A stretch of DNA of 64,000 nt from Oscillospiraceae bacterium (GCA_009783265.1 WRHM01000002.1:94564-158563); one strand, 5' to 3'; counted from the stretch's first letter, positions 29,984 to 39,691 are shown. Notes: generated by a model not told the origin, from the letters alone. Made by a program: numbers and translations.

Positions 29984-30025
29984 CTCCGTCAGAGTTAAAT
30001 CTGACGGGGTTTATTATATTTATTT
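29984..30025. terminator. Terminator hairpin CCGTCAG-agttaaat-CTGACGG followed by a T-rich run. It lies between the sigma gene and the tRNA.
   Basis: 7-9 bp GC-rich stem directly after the stop codon, followed by GGTTTATTATATTTATTTTTT. Confidence 0.55.
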
Positions 30026-30061
30026 TTTCTTTTGCTTACTTTTCTTTTTTGATTCAAAAAG

Positions 30062-30134
30062 AAAAATAAGCGGATTACGGGACTCGAACCCGCCACCTCA
30101 ACCTTGGGAAGGTCGCGCTCTACCGGATGAGCTA
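30062..30134 (-). tRNA. tRNA-Gly (anticodon CCC).
   Basis: The reverse complement folds as a canonical cloverleaf. Acceptor stem GCGGATT/AATCCGC, D-stem GCTC/GAGC, anticodon stem CGACC/GGTTG, anticodon loop TTCCCAA, T-loop TTCGAGT, discriminator U. CCA is not encoded. Confidence 0.9.
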
Positions 30135-30233
30135 AATCCGCATTAATACAATATATACCGGGCGACCTTATTGGGCCGCCCTTATATATTACTATAAATT
30201 TATTTTTTTGTCAATATTTTTTTATAAAAATTA

Positions 30234-31304
30234 TTAATTTGCCTTTATCCATTCAACAATATCAATCAAAACTTGTTCTTCAACATGGCTTACGATGAAA
30301 TATTCTTCTATATCCTTTGTCGTTGATTTCATAAACATATGATTTAATCCTTCGTATAATTTAAACGTAGCATTTGACCGACCCGCAAGCAATTTCTGCC
30401 ATAAACTATAATCTTTATCAACATATACTTGAAAATCGGCTGAGCCTTGCATAATTAAAAATGTGACTGTGATATTTTTTATATATTCCGAAACGGGTAT
30501 TTTTCCCAAATCCTGCATGTAATAAACAGAACAACCGCCAAGACCCGGTATTATTGTGTTTTTTGCTTCATTCTCGTCAGATATATCTAAATATTCGCTC
30601 CAGTAAGCGTTCCAATCTTCGTCAAACGTTTCCATTATAATCAACGCTTCCTCTAATTCTTCACCTTCAAGAGTTTCAATAATAGCCATATTTGCCGCAA
30701 AACTTTGGTCGCGCATTATTTCAATCAAAGAACGCGGAGAACCTGCGAATGATATTATTCCGGCAAAATCACCGCCCTCCGCATGAATACGCGGAGCAAG
30801 CATACCTCCAAGGCTATGTCCGATAATAAAAACTTTATTTTTATTTATACGCGAATCAGATTTTAATATTTCAGCCGCTAATATAGCGTCTTCTATCGTT
30901 TCCTCGTAAACTGTAAAACTTCCAGATTCGTTTATCATTTTTGTTCCGTGCGTAAATGTTCGTTTGTCATAGCGTATAACTGCGATTCCGTGAGTCGATA
31001 AATAATCTGCTATATCCAAAAACGGTTTATTGGGATAATCCGGATATACTTTAGGAACACCGTCCATATCGCTCGGACCTGAGCCGTGTACCAGCACTAC
31101 TGCCGGACACGGCTTTTCTTCCGTTGCGTTATCTGGTATAGTCAACAATCCGCCGAGTTCATATTTTGAACTTTTGCCAATTATTATATTTTCTGTAATA
31201 TATGTAGTTATTTCGTCAACTTCGGGTTCTATTTTTTTTTCAGTACAACTGAAAATATTTAAATTAATCGAAAAAATTAATAATATTATAAATAATTTTT
31301 TCAT
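30234..31304 (-). CDS. Alpha/beta-hydrolase fold lipoprotein (serine hydrolase).
   Basis: Lipoprotein signal with lipobox LNIFSC. Nucleophile elbow GHSLGG. 356 aa. 2-nt gap from the flotillin gene. Confidence 0.7.
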   Translation of the reverse strand: MKKLFIILLIFSINLNIFSCTEKKIEPEVDEITTYITENIIIGKSSKYELGGLLTIPDNATEEKPCPAVVLVHGSGPSDMDGVPKVYPDYPNKPFLDIADYLSTHGIAVIRYDKRTFTHGTKMINESGSFTVYEETIEDAILAAEILKSDSRINKNKVFIIGHSLGGMLAPRIHAEGGDFAGIISFAGSPRSLIEIMRDQSFAANMAIIETLEGEELEEALIIMETFDEDWNAYWSEYLDISDENEAKNTIIPGLGGCSVYYMQDLGKIPVSEYIKNITVTFLIMQGSADFQVYVDKDYSLWQKLLAGRSNATFKLYEGLNHMFMKSTTKDIEEYFIVSHVEEQVLIDIVEWIKAN

Positions 31305-31306
31305 AA

Positions 31307-32695
31307 TTAACCCACGCTTTCAACATTTTCGTCTGCGTTTTCTATATTACTTCCCAAATACTGCGGTATTTCCATTCCGGCCATTTTAAACATTTCATTA
31401 AGCGGCGGTACGGATTTTAACATTCCTGATAAGAAATTAGCCGTCGCAGGACTTTTTCCGTCACTGCCCATACTATCCCAAACTGTGACTTTATCGATTT
31501 TAAGACTTTTGATAGCTTCGACTTGAATTTTAACGAGTTCGTCTATTTTATCGGCAATCATTAACTGTATAGCTGACTTCACATCTCCGCCAGCAGCTTC
31601 AACTATTTTACCGAATCCTTCAGCCTGACGCAATAATATTTCCTGATTGCCTTTAGCTTCGGCAGTTAATCTTGCGAGTATAGCATCAGCTTCACCTGCC
31701 GCTTTACGGCGTACTTGTTCGGCTTCAGCTTCTGCCTGAATTTCAAGCTGTTGTTTATCTATATTTACTTTTACGATAACGTCGGCTTCCTGCCTTGCTC
31801 TCTCAAAATCAGCTCTCGCAAATTCTGCTTTTTTCTGTGATTCAAACGCTTCTTCGTCGGCTAACGCCTGCTGTACTTTTTCAGCGGCAGTTGCAAGCCT
31901 TAAAGCTTCAGCTTCGCGTTCGCGTCTTTCAGCGTTTGATTTTGCTATATTCATTTTAGCTTCGTTTTCGCCTTTAATCGCGTCAGAGTCAGCTAATGAT
32001 ACAGATACGCGCTGATCGCGTGTTGCGTCGGCTGCTCCGATTGCTCCTTCTTTATCGCGTAGCGCAACCGTGCGTTTTGCGTCGTTTATAGCTTTTGCCG
32101 CAGCTTCTTTTCCCAATGCCTGAATATATCCGGATTCATCGCTTATATCCGTGATATTTACGTTTATCAAACGCAAGCCTATTTTCTTTAGTTCAGATTC
32201 TACGTTGCTTGATACAGATTCAAGAAATTTATCTCTGTCAGAATTGATTTCTTCTATATTCATAGTAGCTATGACAAGTCTCAACTGACCCAAAATAATA
32301 TCTTTTGACAATTCCTGCACTTCGCTGAGCGGCAATCCCAATAATCTTTCCGCGGCATTTTGCATAATACCGGGTTCCGTTGATATGCCCACGGTAAATC
32401 TTGACGGAACGTCGATTCTTATATTTTGCCGGCTCAAAGTATTACGCAAATCCACGCTTATAGAAATAGGCGTAAGATCTAAATATTGATAAGACTGAAC
32501 CACGGGCATTATAAAAGTCGCGCCGCCGTGCATACATTTTGAACTTCTCGCATTTCCTTCGTTGTCTTTGCCAAGTTTGCCATAAACAACCAAAATTTTA
32601 TCAGACGGGCATTTTTTATATCTTGACAAAAATATTATAACCGTCGAAAAAAATAAAAACACGAAAATCCCTGTTAAAATCCATAAATTTGACAT
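31307..32695 (-). CDS. Flotillin-like SPFH/band-7 domain protein (FloT/YuaG-like).
   Basis: N-terminal TM. SPFH domain. Long Ala/Glu-rich coiled-coil flotillin region (EAEALRLATAAEKVQQALADEEAFESQKKAEFARADFERARQEAD). 462 aa. Confidence 0.8.
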   Translation of the reverse strand: MSNLWILTGIFVFLFFSTVIIFLSRYKKCPSDKILVVYGKLGKDNEGNARSSKCMHGGATFIMPVVQSYQYLDLTPISISVDLRNTLSRQNIRIDVPSRFTVGISTEPGIMQNAAERLLGLPLSEVQELSKDIILGQLRLVIATMNIEEINSDRDKFLESVSSNVESELKKIGLRLINVNITDISDESGYIQALGKEAAAKAINDAKRTVALRDKEGAIGAADATRDQRVSVSLADSDAIKGENEAKMNIAKSNAERREREAEALRLATAAEKVQQALADEEAFESQKKAEFARADFERARQEADVIVKVNIDKQQLEIQAEAEAEQVRRKAAGEADAILARLTAEAKGNQEILLRQAEGFGKIVEAAGGDVKSAIQLMIADKIDELVKIQVEAIKSLKIDKVTVWDSMGSDGKSPATANFLSGMLKSVPPLNEMFKMAGMEIPQYLGSNIENADENVESVG

Positions 32696-32727
32696 AATTT
32701 AATCCTCCATGAATAATTTTTATTTAA

Positions 32728-33051
32728 TTAAATTTTAAATCTGTTACATGTATTTGCGTAAAACCAAGCAAAAATAATAACTGCAAAAAATAAAATAAGC
32801 CCCGTATATAATATCCACATTATTTTTAAAATATCGCTTAAAAACCATAACGCAATACAAAAACTCAAGGCAAACATTATTTTTCCTATAAACTTGCATA
32901 ATGCAGTTTTATTATATTTTTCTTTTTCTGCTTTACTCATTGTATTATATCCCGCAATTAAAAAAGCTCCTTTTCCAAACGAGAACAATACGCCAAGTAA
33001 AATAAATAAAAATAATATACTGCTCTCTGTGATAATAAGAATAATATTCAT
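32728..33051 (-). CDS. Small polytopic membrane protein (107 aa) in the flotillin operon.
   Basis: Three or four hydrophobic helices. Sits between the bPH gene and the flotillin gene with short gaps. Confidence 0.45.
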   Translation of the reverse strand: MNIILIITESSILFLFILLGVLFSFGKGAFLIAGYNTMSKAEKEKYNKTALCKFIGKIMFALSFCIALWFLSDILKIMWILYTGLILFFAVIIFAWFYANTCNRFKI

Positions 33052-33081
33052 TAATTATAACCTCCATTTGATCTTAATAAT

Positions 33082-33594
33082 TTATAATTTATCTTTTTTC
33101 TTTTTAAACGCGCTTTCAATATTGTCTATTAAAATCACTTTTTTATCTATACGCGAAGAAAGCTCTACAATAAACTCTTTCCGGTTTTTAGGGGTGACAA
33201 TAACTGTTTTCATTCTGCCTTTATATTCCGAATATGTTATTTTAAACGCTCCCAAAGATTCTTCGTATATTTTTACTCCTGCTCCCCTGAATGTCATAAG
33301 CGTCGCATTGTCTACCGCTGTAATTGAATCGAGCAGTATTTCTAATCCCGGATATACTATACATTCGATATATAAAAATTTATCGCTTATAATATAACGG
33401 TGATGCGAGGCTTCGGAAAGAGCAAAAATATCGCAAATAATAACAATAAAAAAGAATAAATAAACTTTTATAAAATAAAATCTTATCGCCAGTATATTAA
33501 ATAATATGCCTATAACCCAAATCCACCATCGCCTTTTTATTTTGAATTCTATAGAATTTGCCGGATATTTTTGCATATTCTTCACGATTAGCAC
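33082..33594 (-). CDS. Membrane protein with a bacterial PH-like (bPH_2/YdbS-like) domain.
   Basis: Two N-terminal TM helices followed by a soluble domain of about 100 aa resembling bPH_2. 170 aa. Confidence 0.45.
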   Translation of the reverse strand: MLIVKNMQKYPANSIEFKIKRRWWIWVIGILFNILAIRFYFIKVYLFFFIVIICDIFALSEASHHRYIISDKFLYIECIVYPGLEILLDSITAVDNATLMTFRGAGVKIYEESLGAFKITYSEYKGRMKTVIVTPKNRKEFIVELSSRIDKKVILIDNIESAFKKKKDKL

Positions 33595-33623
33595 CTCCCG
33601 TTTATATATAAATTTAAATTTGT

Positions 33624-34415
33624 TTATTCTTTTTCTACTTTTTCAACTACTAATACATTCCCTGCCCTGACGTCTGTGATATATACCATTTCACCTGTTT
33701 TTATAGTTTCGCTTTTTTCTGTCACCGCTTCAAATTCGCAAAGTTTTTCCTGAACCGTTACGTTTACTTTACCTCTTCCCTTTTCTTCTCCGGGAATTCT
33801 TATGTAAACCTGCCCGATTTGCCCGAGCGTGTTTTTAACTTTTATCGTGCCGTCTTCCTGTAACCCCATTAATAACTGCATGATTTTAGCGATAAATACA
33901 AGCGCAATCATACCGCTTATAAAAGCGCAGATTGTTGCGATAACTTCAGGAACTTTGGCTCTGGAAAGTAAAAATCCAACCCAGCTCCCCATCATTAAAA
34001 ACGCCATTATTCCTCTTACGGTAAATAATCTTAATCCGTGAGTATCATATTGATGCGCATAACTTTGATCGCTTGTATTATCTGTGTCGTTAATTGAATA
34101 GTCGTGGTCAATATTTACGTCTCCTCCGGAATCTATCGAATCGATATTTGCGTCAAATTCAATATTTCCGTCCATATCTATATCTATTTCCATTGCTCCC
34201 GTATCAACGCTCATATCAACGTCAATATCTGTATCTCCGCTATCGCCGACTATATGGCTTTCCCCAAGTTCGGTATCGTTATTGTTTGCTATTCCGATTA
34301 ATGCAAGAATCGTTTGAATTATTAATATAATAGTAGAAGAAGCTGATATTACAAAAAACACCTTTTGATATGTAGTTAAATCAATTAAAAATCCGTTCAA
34401 ATTTTCCACCCCCAA
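33624..34415 (-). CDS. NfeD-family membrane protein with a C-terminal OB-fold domain and an internal poly-Asp low-complexity insert of about 80 aa.
   Basis: C-terminal NfeD OB-fold (GQVYIRIPGEEKGRGKVNVTVQEKLCEFEAVT...GEMVYITDV). TM helices. D-rich segment DTDIDVDMSVDTGAMEIDIDMDGNIEFDANIDSIDSGGDVNIDHDYSINDTDNTSD. Upstream of flotillin, as in yuaF-yuaG. The start codon is uncertain (TTG). Confidence 0.65.
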   Translation of the reverse strand: MGVENLNGFLIDLTTYQKVFFVISASSTIILIIQTILALIGIANNNDTELGESHIVGDSGDTDIDVDMSVDTGAMEIDIDMDGNIEFDANIDSIDSGGDVNIDHDYSINDTDNTSDQSYAHQYDTHGLRLFTVRGIMAFLMMGSWVGFLLSRAKVPEVIATICAFISGMIALVFIAKIMQLLMGLQEDGTIKVKNTLGQIGQVYIRIPGEEKGRGKVNVTVQEKLCEFEAVTEKSETIKTGEMVYITDVRAGNVLVVEKVEKE

Positions 34416-34512
34416 ATAAAAAATAAAAGTAAATTCTATTTACTTTTATTTTACTATATTATTTTAAAAATGTCAATAGGTTTTAGAAAATATTTTTATA
34501 AATTTATTTAGA

Positions 34513-35481
34513 TTATATTTTTTTTATCAACATAAATGCAAGTTCTTCAAAACTCGGTCGGCTTTTAGGAGTTATTCTGATTGTTTCGCCGGCTTGATCG
34601 ATTATGCCTTTTGAAACAAGATATTCAAGCAAATGCACTAAAAAATGTCCTCCCGCACGAAACTTCCTGTAAAACATAGTCAGCGTTTTTATTTCACCGT
34701 CAGCTAAAAATTCAAAAATCGGGGCAGATATATAATCAATATTCTGCATTAAATAATCGTCTGCTTCTTTTATTAAATTTTCGAGTTCTTCTCCTGATAA
34801 TTCTTTGCTCATCGGGTAATAATAAAACCGCTCAATCAATTTTGGATTTAAGACTTGCGCTCTTTGAAGTACTTCCCTGCCCGGCGCTTCTTTTGCTTTC
34901 CATATTTCCATGTTTGCCATGGCTTCAGCTATTTTTATTATATAATATCTGCAATATGTATAATCTTTTTTTACATAAAGCCATTTTTCGGCTTTTTCAA
35001 TATAGCAAACCGCGTCGCAGGCAGCGAAAAGAGCTGATCTTTGCGCGTCTTTTTCTCCGATTAGCTGATTATTTTCAACCATTTTTGTTATGCTCTCGTC
35101 TGTCGTGTACATTACTTTTGCTTTCGATAAAAAAGAATTTACAAATCCTCCGCTTTCAAGCATTCGCACAAACGAACTGCGTTCCTGCACATTCATATTT
35201 AAAACAATGCCGTCAGCGTCAAGACAAAATTCAGATACCGTTATTTTTTGATCTCGGACAACCACCGTCGCGTCAATATCACTTTTTTCCCATACAACAT
35301 CGTTTGCAAGGCTGCCCATAACTACTACCGCGATAACATTCACGTCTTTTTTTGCCGTCTCTATAAAATCATTGACCGCGTTTAAATAACGCTCAGTGAC
35401 TTCCTGTTCATTTTCTGAATATTTTAAATTTAATTCTGTATTAATTATTCTCACCCCTCGCCCATTTTTTACACCTTTCAA
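34513..35481 (-). CDS. Nucleotidyltransferase (Pol-beta superfamily) domain protein with a C-terminal helical domain.
   Basis: N-terminal G-S...D-x-D NTase motif (VVMGSLANDVVWEKSDIDATVVV). 322 aa. Confidence 0.55.
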   Translation of the reverse strand: MKGVKNGRGVRIINTELNLKYSENEQEVTERYLNAVNDFIETAKKDVNVIAVVVMGSLANDVVWEKSDIDATVVVRDQKITVSEFCLDADGIVLNMNVQERSSFVRMLESGGFVNSFLSKAKVMYTTDESITKMVENNQLIGEKDAQRSALFAACDAVCYIEKAEKWLYVKKDYTYCRYYIIKIAEAMANMEIWKAKEAPGREVLQRAQVLNPKLIERFYYYPMSKELSGEELENLIKEADDYLMQNIDYISAPIFEFLADGEIKTLTMFYRKFRAGGHFLVHLLEYLVSKGIIDQAGETIRITPKSRPSFEELAFMLIKKI

Positions 35482-35716
35482 TTCTTGCGCCGTTATCAGC
35501 GTGTTCGTCGCCGCTATAAGAATATGATTTTAATATATCACACGGGAAATCAACACATAATCCGCAATGCTCTAATTTTTTGTCTTCGCAGCAAATCTTT
35601 ATATCGCATTCGCCCCAAAAAGGTTTTTCCATTGCAACGCAACCCGGGCAATCAATATCGAAAGTTTCCTTGCATTTTAACGGTTCGCAAAAAATACCGC
35701 ATCTTGATTTAACCAT
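35441..35716 (-). CDS. DUF3795-like Cys-rich small protein.
   Basis: Cys pattern CGIFC...C...CPGC...C..KICC...CGLCVDFPC is typical of the Clostridial DUF3795 family. 91 aa. Overlaps the downstream gene by about 40 nt. Confidence 0.5.
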   Translation of the reverse strand: MVKSRCGIFCEPLKCKETFDIDCPGCVAMEKPFWGECDIKICCEDKKLEHCGLCVDFPCDILKSYSYSGDEHADNGARIERCKKWARGENN

Positions 35717-35743
35717 TTTTTATACACCTCCCTAATTTTTATT

Positions 35744-36760
35744 TTATATAATAAACATTTCTTCAGTAATCAAACAACCCCGTACTGTAAGTCCATTCAA
35801 TATATTTTCCTGTTCGTTTTTCCCCACATTATCAGGATAACACCATGCGAAATTGCATAATTGCCTGTATTTCATAAAAGACAATATACTTTTAAGCGAA
35901 TGTGTATCCAGAGTATTTGCTTTTTTATATCCCTGCATAAAACTATATATTATTTTCTCAGCTTTTGATTGATTTCCGTCGGCATTATGTAAAGCGTGCT
36001 GTAAAGCAATCCCTATATCAAGCGCAAAATACCCATAAATACTGTCATCAAAATCAAATACATGAACTTTATTGTTTTTAACAAGAAAATTGTTTTGGTG
36101 CATGTCGTTATGTATTAATCCATAAGTATCTTTTGTACGCGGCAAAGACAATAAATTTGGGATAAGATTATCTGCGTACTTTTGTATATCCGGAATTTGC
36201 GAAAAAACTTTTTCAAGAATATCGCTGCCGTCAATATCTTTACCGTCGAATACTCCGCGCATATAACGTGAATCAGATACTTGAAAATCTTTTGTTTCAA
36301 AGTGCATACACCCCATTACATATCCCCAATCTTCGATAATATATTGATTCCAAGTATTGGGATTATTTTTTTCACAATGTTTCCCTTTGGCTTTTTCAAA
36401 CGTGCAAACGGCGTGATACTTATTATCAGAAGATATAAGAGACTCAACCAACTGTCCGTTTTTCATGGGTAACGGCATAGAAACCGGGATACTGCGTTCA
36501 TGTAAAAACGCAAGCCATTCCATTTCTCCGGTAGTTTTAAAAAGATTATTTTCGCTATGTGTTGCTATGCGTAAAATATATTTTTTGTTATCTTTTGTAA
36601 ATGAATAAATATCATTCGGGGAATATTTATCGCTGTTAATTAAACGGATTGTATTGACATCAAAAGGATATAATTCAGCAACTTGGGATAATAAATGATT
36701 TGTTCTTGTTTTCATAAATTTCCTCTTATATTTATTATTCGGCGCATTTTTCGATAACAA
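35744..36760 (-). CDS. Phosphotransferase enzyme family protein (APH/choline-kinase-like).
   Basis: Brenner motif HNDMHQNN and the DFDD (DxD) motif of the APH/ePK-like kinase fold. 338 aa. Confidence 0.7.
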   Translation of the reverse strand: MLSKNAPNNKYKRKFMKTRTNHLLSQVAELYPFDVNTIRLINSDKYSPNDIYSFTKDNKKYILRIATHSENNLFKTTGEMEWLAFLHERSIPVSMPLPMKNGQLVESLISSDNKYHAVCTFEKAKGKHCEKNNPNTWNQYIIEDWGYVMGCMHFETKDFQVSDSRYMRGVFDGKDIDGSDILEKVFSQIPDIQKYADNLIPNLLSLPRTKDTYGLIHNDMHQNNFLVKNNKVHVFDFDDSIYGYFALDIGIALQHALHNADGNQSKAEKIIYSFMQGYKKANTLDTHSLKSILSFMKYRQLCNFAWCYPDNVGKNEQENILNGLTVRGCLITEEMFII

Positions 36761-36811
36761 CTGTTCATAATGTATAACTGAAGAAAATGTTTATTAGTAG
36801 ATGCGGCACTT

Positions 36812-37387
36812 TTATATCAACATATCCATGTGTATATCTTTCGGTTCGTCTTCAAAAAGTTCTTTGACCGGTGTTGTCAGGTCAAACCCTGAGCCGCAGT
36901 AAAAATCGACGGTGTTTTTCGACGACATTGCGGAAACATATAATTTTTTCGCACCTGACTGCTTCGCTTTTTCTTTCAGCATGGAGATAAGCTGTCTACC
37001 TATTCCTTTTTTCCTGTATTTGTTGCTGACCCACAGAGAAGTCAGCTGTATCATATCTTTATTTTCGCCGATTAGTTTCCCGCCTATACCACTCAAACCA
37101 ACCAGTTTCTCTCCGTCAAACGCGCCTATGAACGTCCCGCCGTCGTCGTAATCCTCAATATAATCTTCAATCACTCCGGATATGTCTGAAATGTCTATGA
37201 TTTCCCGGTATTCTTTTTCGAGAACCAATTTCCCGTTCTTGAAATAATATACTTCTTCTACAATTTCATAGCGGTCAATCTCGTTTAATTTACGGATTTC
37301 ATCGCGTTCCAAAATACGATATATTATTTTTTCTTTTACCATATTAAAACTTTCATCACCACTTCCGAAAATATAAATTTTTCGCAT
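36812..37387 (-). CDS. GNAT family N-acetyltransferase.
   Basis: Motif A QLTSLWVSNKYRKKGIGRQLI. 191 aa. Confidence 0.7.
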   Translation of the reverse strand: MRKIYIFGSGDESFNMVKEKIIYRILERDEIRKLNEIDRYEIVEEVYYFKNGKLVLEKEYREIIDISDISGVIEDYIEDYDDGGTFIGAFDGEKLVGLSGIGGKLIGENKDMIQLTSLWVSNKYRKKGIGRQLISMLKEKAKQSGAKKLYVSAMSSKNTVDFYCGSGFDLTTPVKELFEDEPKDIHMDMLI

Positions 37388-37468
37388 AAAGCAATTTTTA
37401 TAACTTTATTATATCACACATAACCTGACAACAGAACGTCATATTTAACCCGAACGCTTTTTTAATTT

Positions 37469-39691
37469 TTATTTTAAAAAATCTGTGATTTCTCCTGTAT
37501 ATAATAACGTCAGTTTATGCAATGCTCTGGTTATGCCTATATAAATCATTTGTCTGTCGATTTCGTTTTTGTAATTATTTTTATCTGCTCCGGGTAAAAT
37601 CACACAGTCGAATTCCAAGCCTTTTGCAAGATATGCCGTTGTAATAACTAATTTATTATCGAATTTTTCGCTTTTTTCTGTCAGTAAAGTTATATCAAAA
37701 TCTGGCTTTGATTTTAATATATTATATAATTCTTCGGCCTGTTTATCAGTTTTGCATATTATCCCGTTTGATTTAAATCCTCTGTTTATATATTTTTTAT
37801 TTAATTCAAATATCTTTTCGGCTTGTTCTTCGAGATTTTCGCATTTTATCAAGTCAGGTTTATCGCCGTGACGTTCTATAACCTGCATTTTATCGTTTTT
37901 TATTATCTTTTTCGCGAAATCCGTGATTTCCGCTGTTGACCTGTAGCTTTTAAGCAGCGTCATATTCGTGACTTTTGTTTTTGGGAATTTTTCGTATATA
38001 GCCGAAATCTGCTCTTGTGAAGATTCTTTATTAAACGGATTAACAAGCTGACTGACGTCGCCTAAAATAGTTTTTTTACACACAAATAATTTATTAAAAA
38101 ACGCGTAATGCACAGGTGAATAATCCTGCATTTCATCTACTAATAAATGCTTGACATACAAAAAGCTGTCAACTCCGAAAATCATGCTTTTTAAATATAA
38201 CAACGGGGCAATATCATCATACGCAATTAAATATCTTTCGACTTTTTGTACTTTTTCGCCTTTGATTGTTTTTATAGTCCTGTTTATTTTTACTTTTTTC
38301 TCGACATACATTTTTTCGGCTTTGATATATTTATACATATCACTGTATATTTTTATTATATCTTTTGAATCTTTGAACATCGAATAAATTTTATTTCTGA
38401 TCTGGATTTTTTTTATTTTAGTTTCTTTTATATCATAAAAATCCATTATTTTATCTATTATTTCCTCGATTATCATGTCAATGCGTTTCATTGCGGGAAA
38501 TCTTTTATACGCGATAAATCTGTTTTTAAGATAATATTCCGAAATTTCAAAAACTCTCGATAATTCATAACTCCCGTTTTCGTCCTGAATATATTCAAAA
38601 TTCTCAGGTATAAAATTAGTCTGTTCAACATAATCTATATATTCGTTTATTTTATTTAAAAATTCATTAGTTGATTTAAATTTTATCCGTTCTATTAAAT
38701 TTTGGTCATAATTTTCGAGAAGTTCTGAAATCTGACCGTAAAAATTTTGATATTCGCATATAGGGTCAAGTTCATGTTCGGCAATATTGTCAAAAGTCAT
38801 TTGCAGTATCTGGTCTTCGCCGAGTTCAGGTAAAACATTCGAAATATAATCCGAAAAAACTTTATTGGGTGAAATTATCATCATATCTTCAGAATATATT
38901 TTATCTTTTAATCTATATAATAAATACGCGACCCTGTGCAAAGCAATCGAAGTTTTTCCCGACCCAGCGACTCCCTGTATAATCAAAATATCAGAACTTT
39001 CGTCGCGGATTATCGCGTTTTGTTCTTTTTGGATAGTCGCGACGATATTTTTCATTTTATCGCTTGTGGCTTTGCTTAACTGTTCCTGTAATATCTCGTC
39101 GTCTATGACTAAATCGCTTTCAAACATATATTCCATTTTGCCGTCGTTTATTTTATATTGTCTTTTAAGATTTATATCTCCGGTCATGACCCCTTTAGGC
39201 GCGATATACTCTGCCCTGCCTACTTCAAAATCGTAAAACATACTCGCAATCGGCGAACGCCAGTCGTAAATAATATTTTTTATGTCTTTTATAAAAGAAT
39301 ATATGCCGATATAAATCTGGAAACTGCCGTCGTTTAAAACAATCGACCCCCGTTTTATTCCTTCGGCTGATTTCTTGTCGTCAAACAAAAAAGAAATTCT
39401 TCCAAAATAGGGAGAATTAATCATCTTTAGAAATCTTTTATTTTTAGCAACTAAACCATACGCTGAATCTACCATATTAGCGACATATTGCCTGTTGAGT
39501 TTTAGTTCTATCGGGTCCATCTCATAAACTTTATCGTGCATATAACTTTTAGTCTCCTGAATTGCCTCGCTTTGTTTTTCGATCGCCTCCTGAATTTTTT
39601 CGCTTTCTACTTTCAAATCTTCAATAATTTCAATCAGGTATTCCATTTCTTTTTCTTTAGTCTTATTAAAATTAAGCGCATCCGGTATCAT
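37469..39691 (-). CDS. helD: UvrD-like superfamily-1 helicase of the HelD (helicase IV) type.
   Basis: Walker A GVAGSGKTS. UvrD 1A/2A motifs. The N-terminal coiled-coil plus the roughly 200-aa domain preceding the ATPase is typical of Firmicutes HelD. 740 aa. Confidence 0.75.
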   Translation of the reverse strand: MIPDALNFNKTKEKEMEYLIEIIEDLKVESEKIQEAIEKQSEAIQETKSYMHDKVYEMDPIELKLNRQYVANMVDSAYGLVAKNKRFLKMINSPYFGRISFLFDDKKSAEGIKRGSIVLNDGSFQIYIGIYSFIKDIKNIIYDWRSPIASMFYDFEVGRAEYIAPKGVMTGDINLKRQYKINDGKMEYMFESDLVIDDEILQEQLSKATSDKMKNIVATIQKEQNAIIRDESSDILIIQGVAGSGKTSIALHRVAYLLYRLKDKIYSEDMMIISPNKVFSDYISNVLPELGEDQILQMTFDNIAEHELDPICEYQNFYGQISELLENYDQNLIERIKFKSTNEFLNKINEYIDYVEQTNFIPENFEYIQDENGSYELSRVFEISEYYLKNRFIAYKRFPAMKRIDMIIEEIIDKIMDFYDIKETKIKKIQIRNKIYSMFKDSKDIIKIYSDMYKYIKAEKMYVEKKVKINRTIKTIKGEKVQKVERYLIAYDDIAPLLYLKSMIFGVDSFLYVKHLLVDEMQDYSPVHYAFFNKLFVCKKTILGDVSQLVNPFNKESSQEQISAIYEKFPKTKVTNMTLLKSYRSTAEITDFAKKIIKNDKMQVIERHGDKPDLIKCENLEEQAEKIFELNKKYINRGFKSNGIICKTDKQAEELYNILKSKPDFDITLLTEKSEKFDNKLVITTAYLAKGLEFDCVILPGADKNNYKNEIDRQMIYIGITRALHKLTLLYTGEITDFLK

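Noticed and set aside
34094-34330. Plus-strand ORFs of 78 and 65 aa rich in Tyr, Arg and Leu, inside the NfeD gene.
   Set aside because: They are produced by the repetitive GAT/ATC-rich DNA that encodes the poly-Asp tract on the opposite strand. They have no independent signals.
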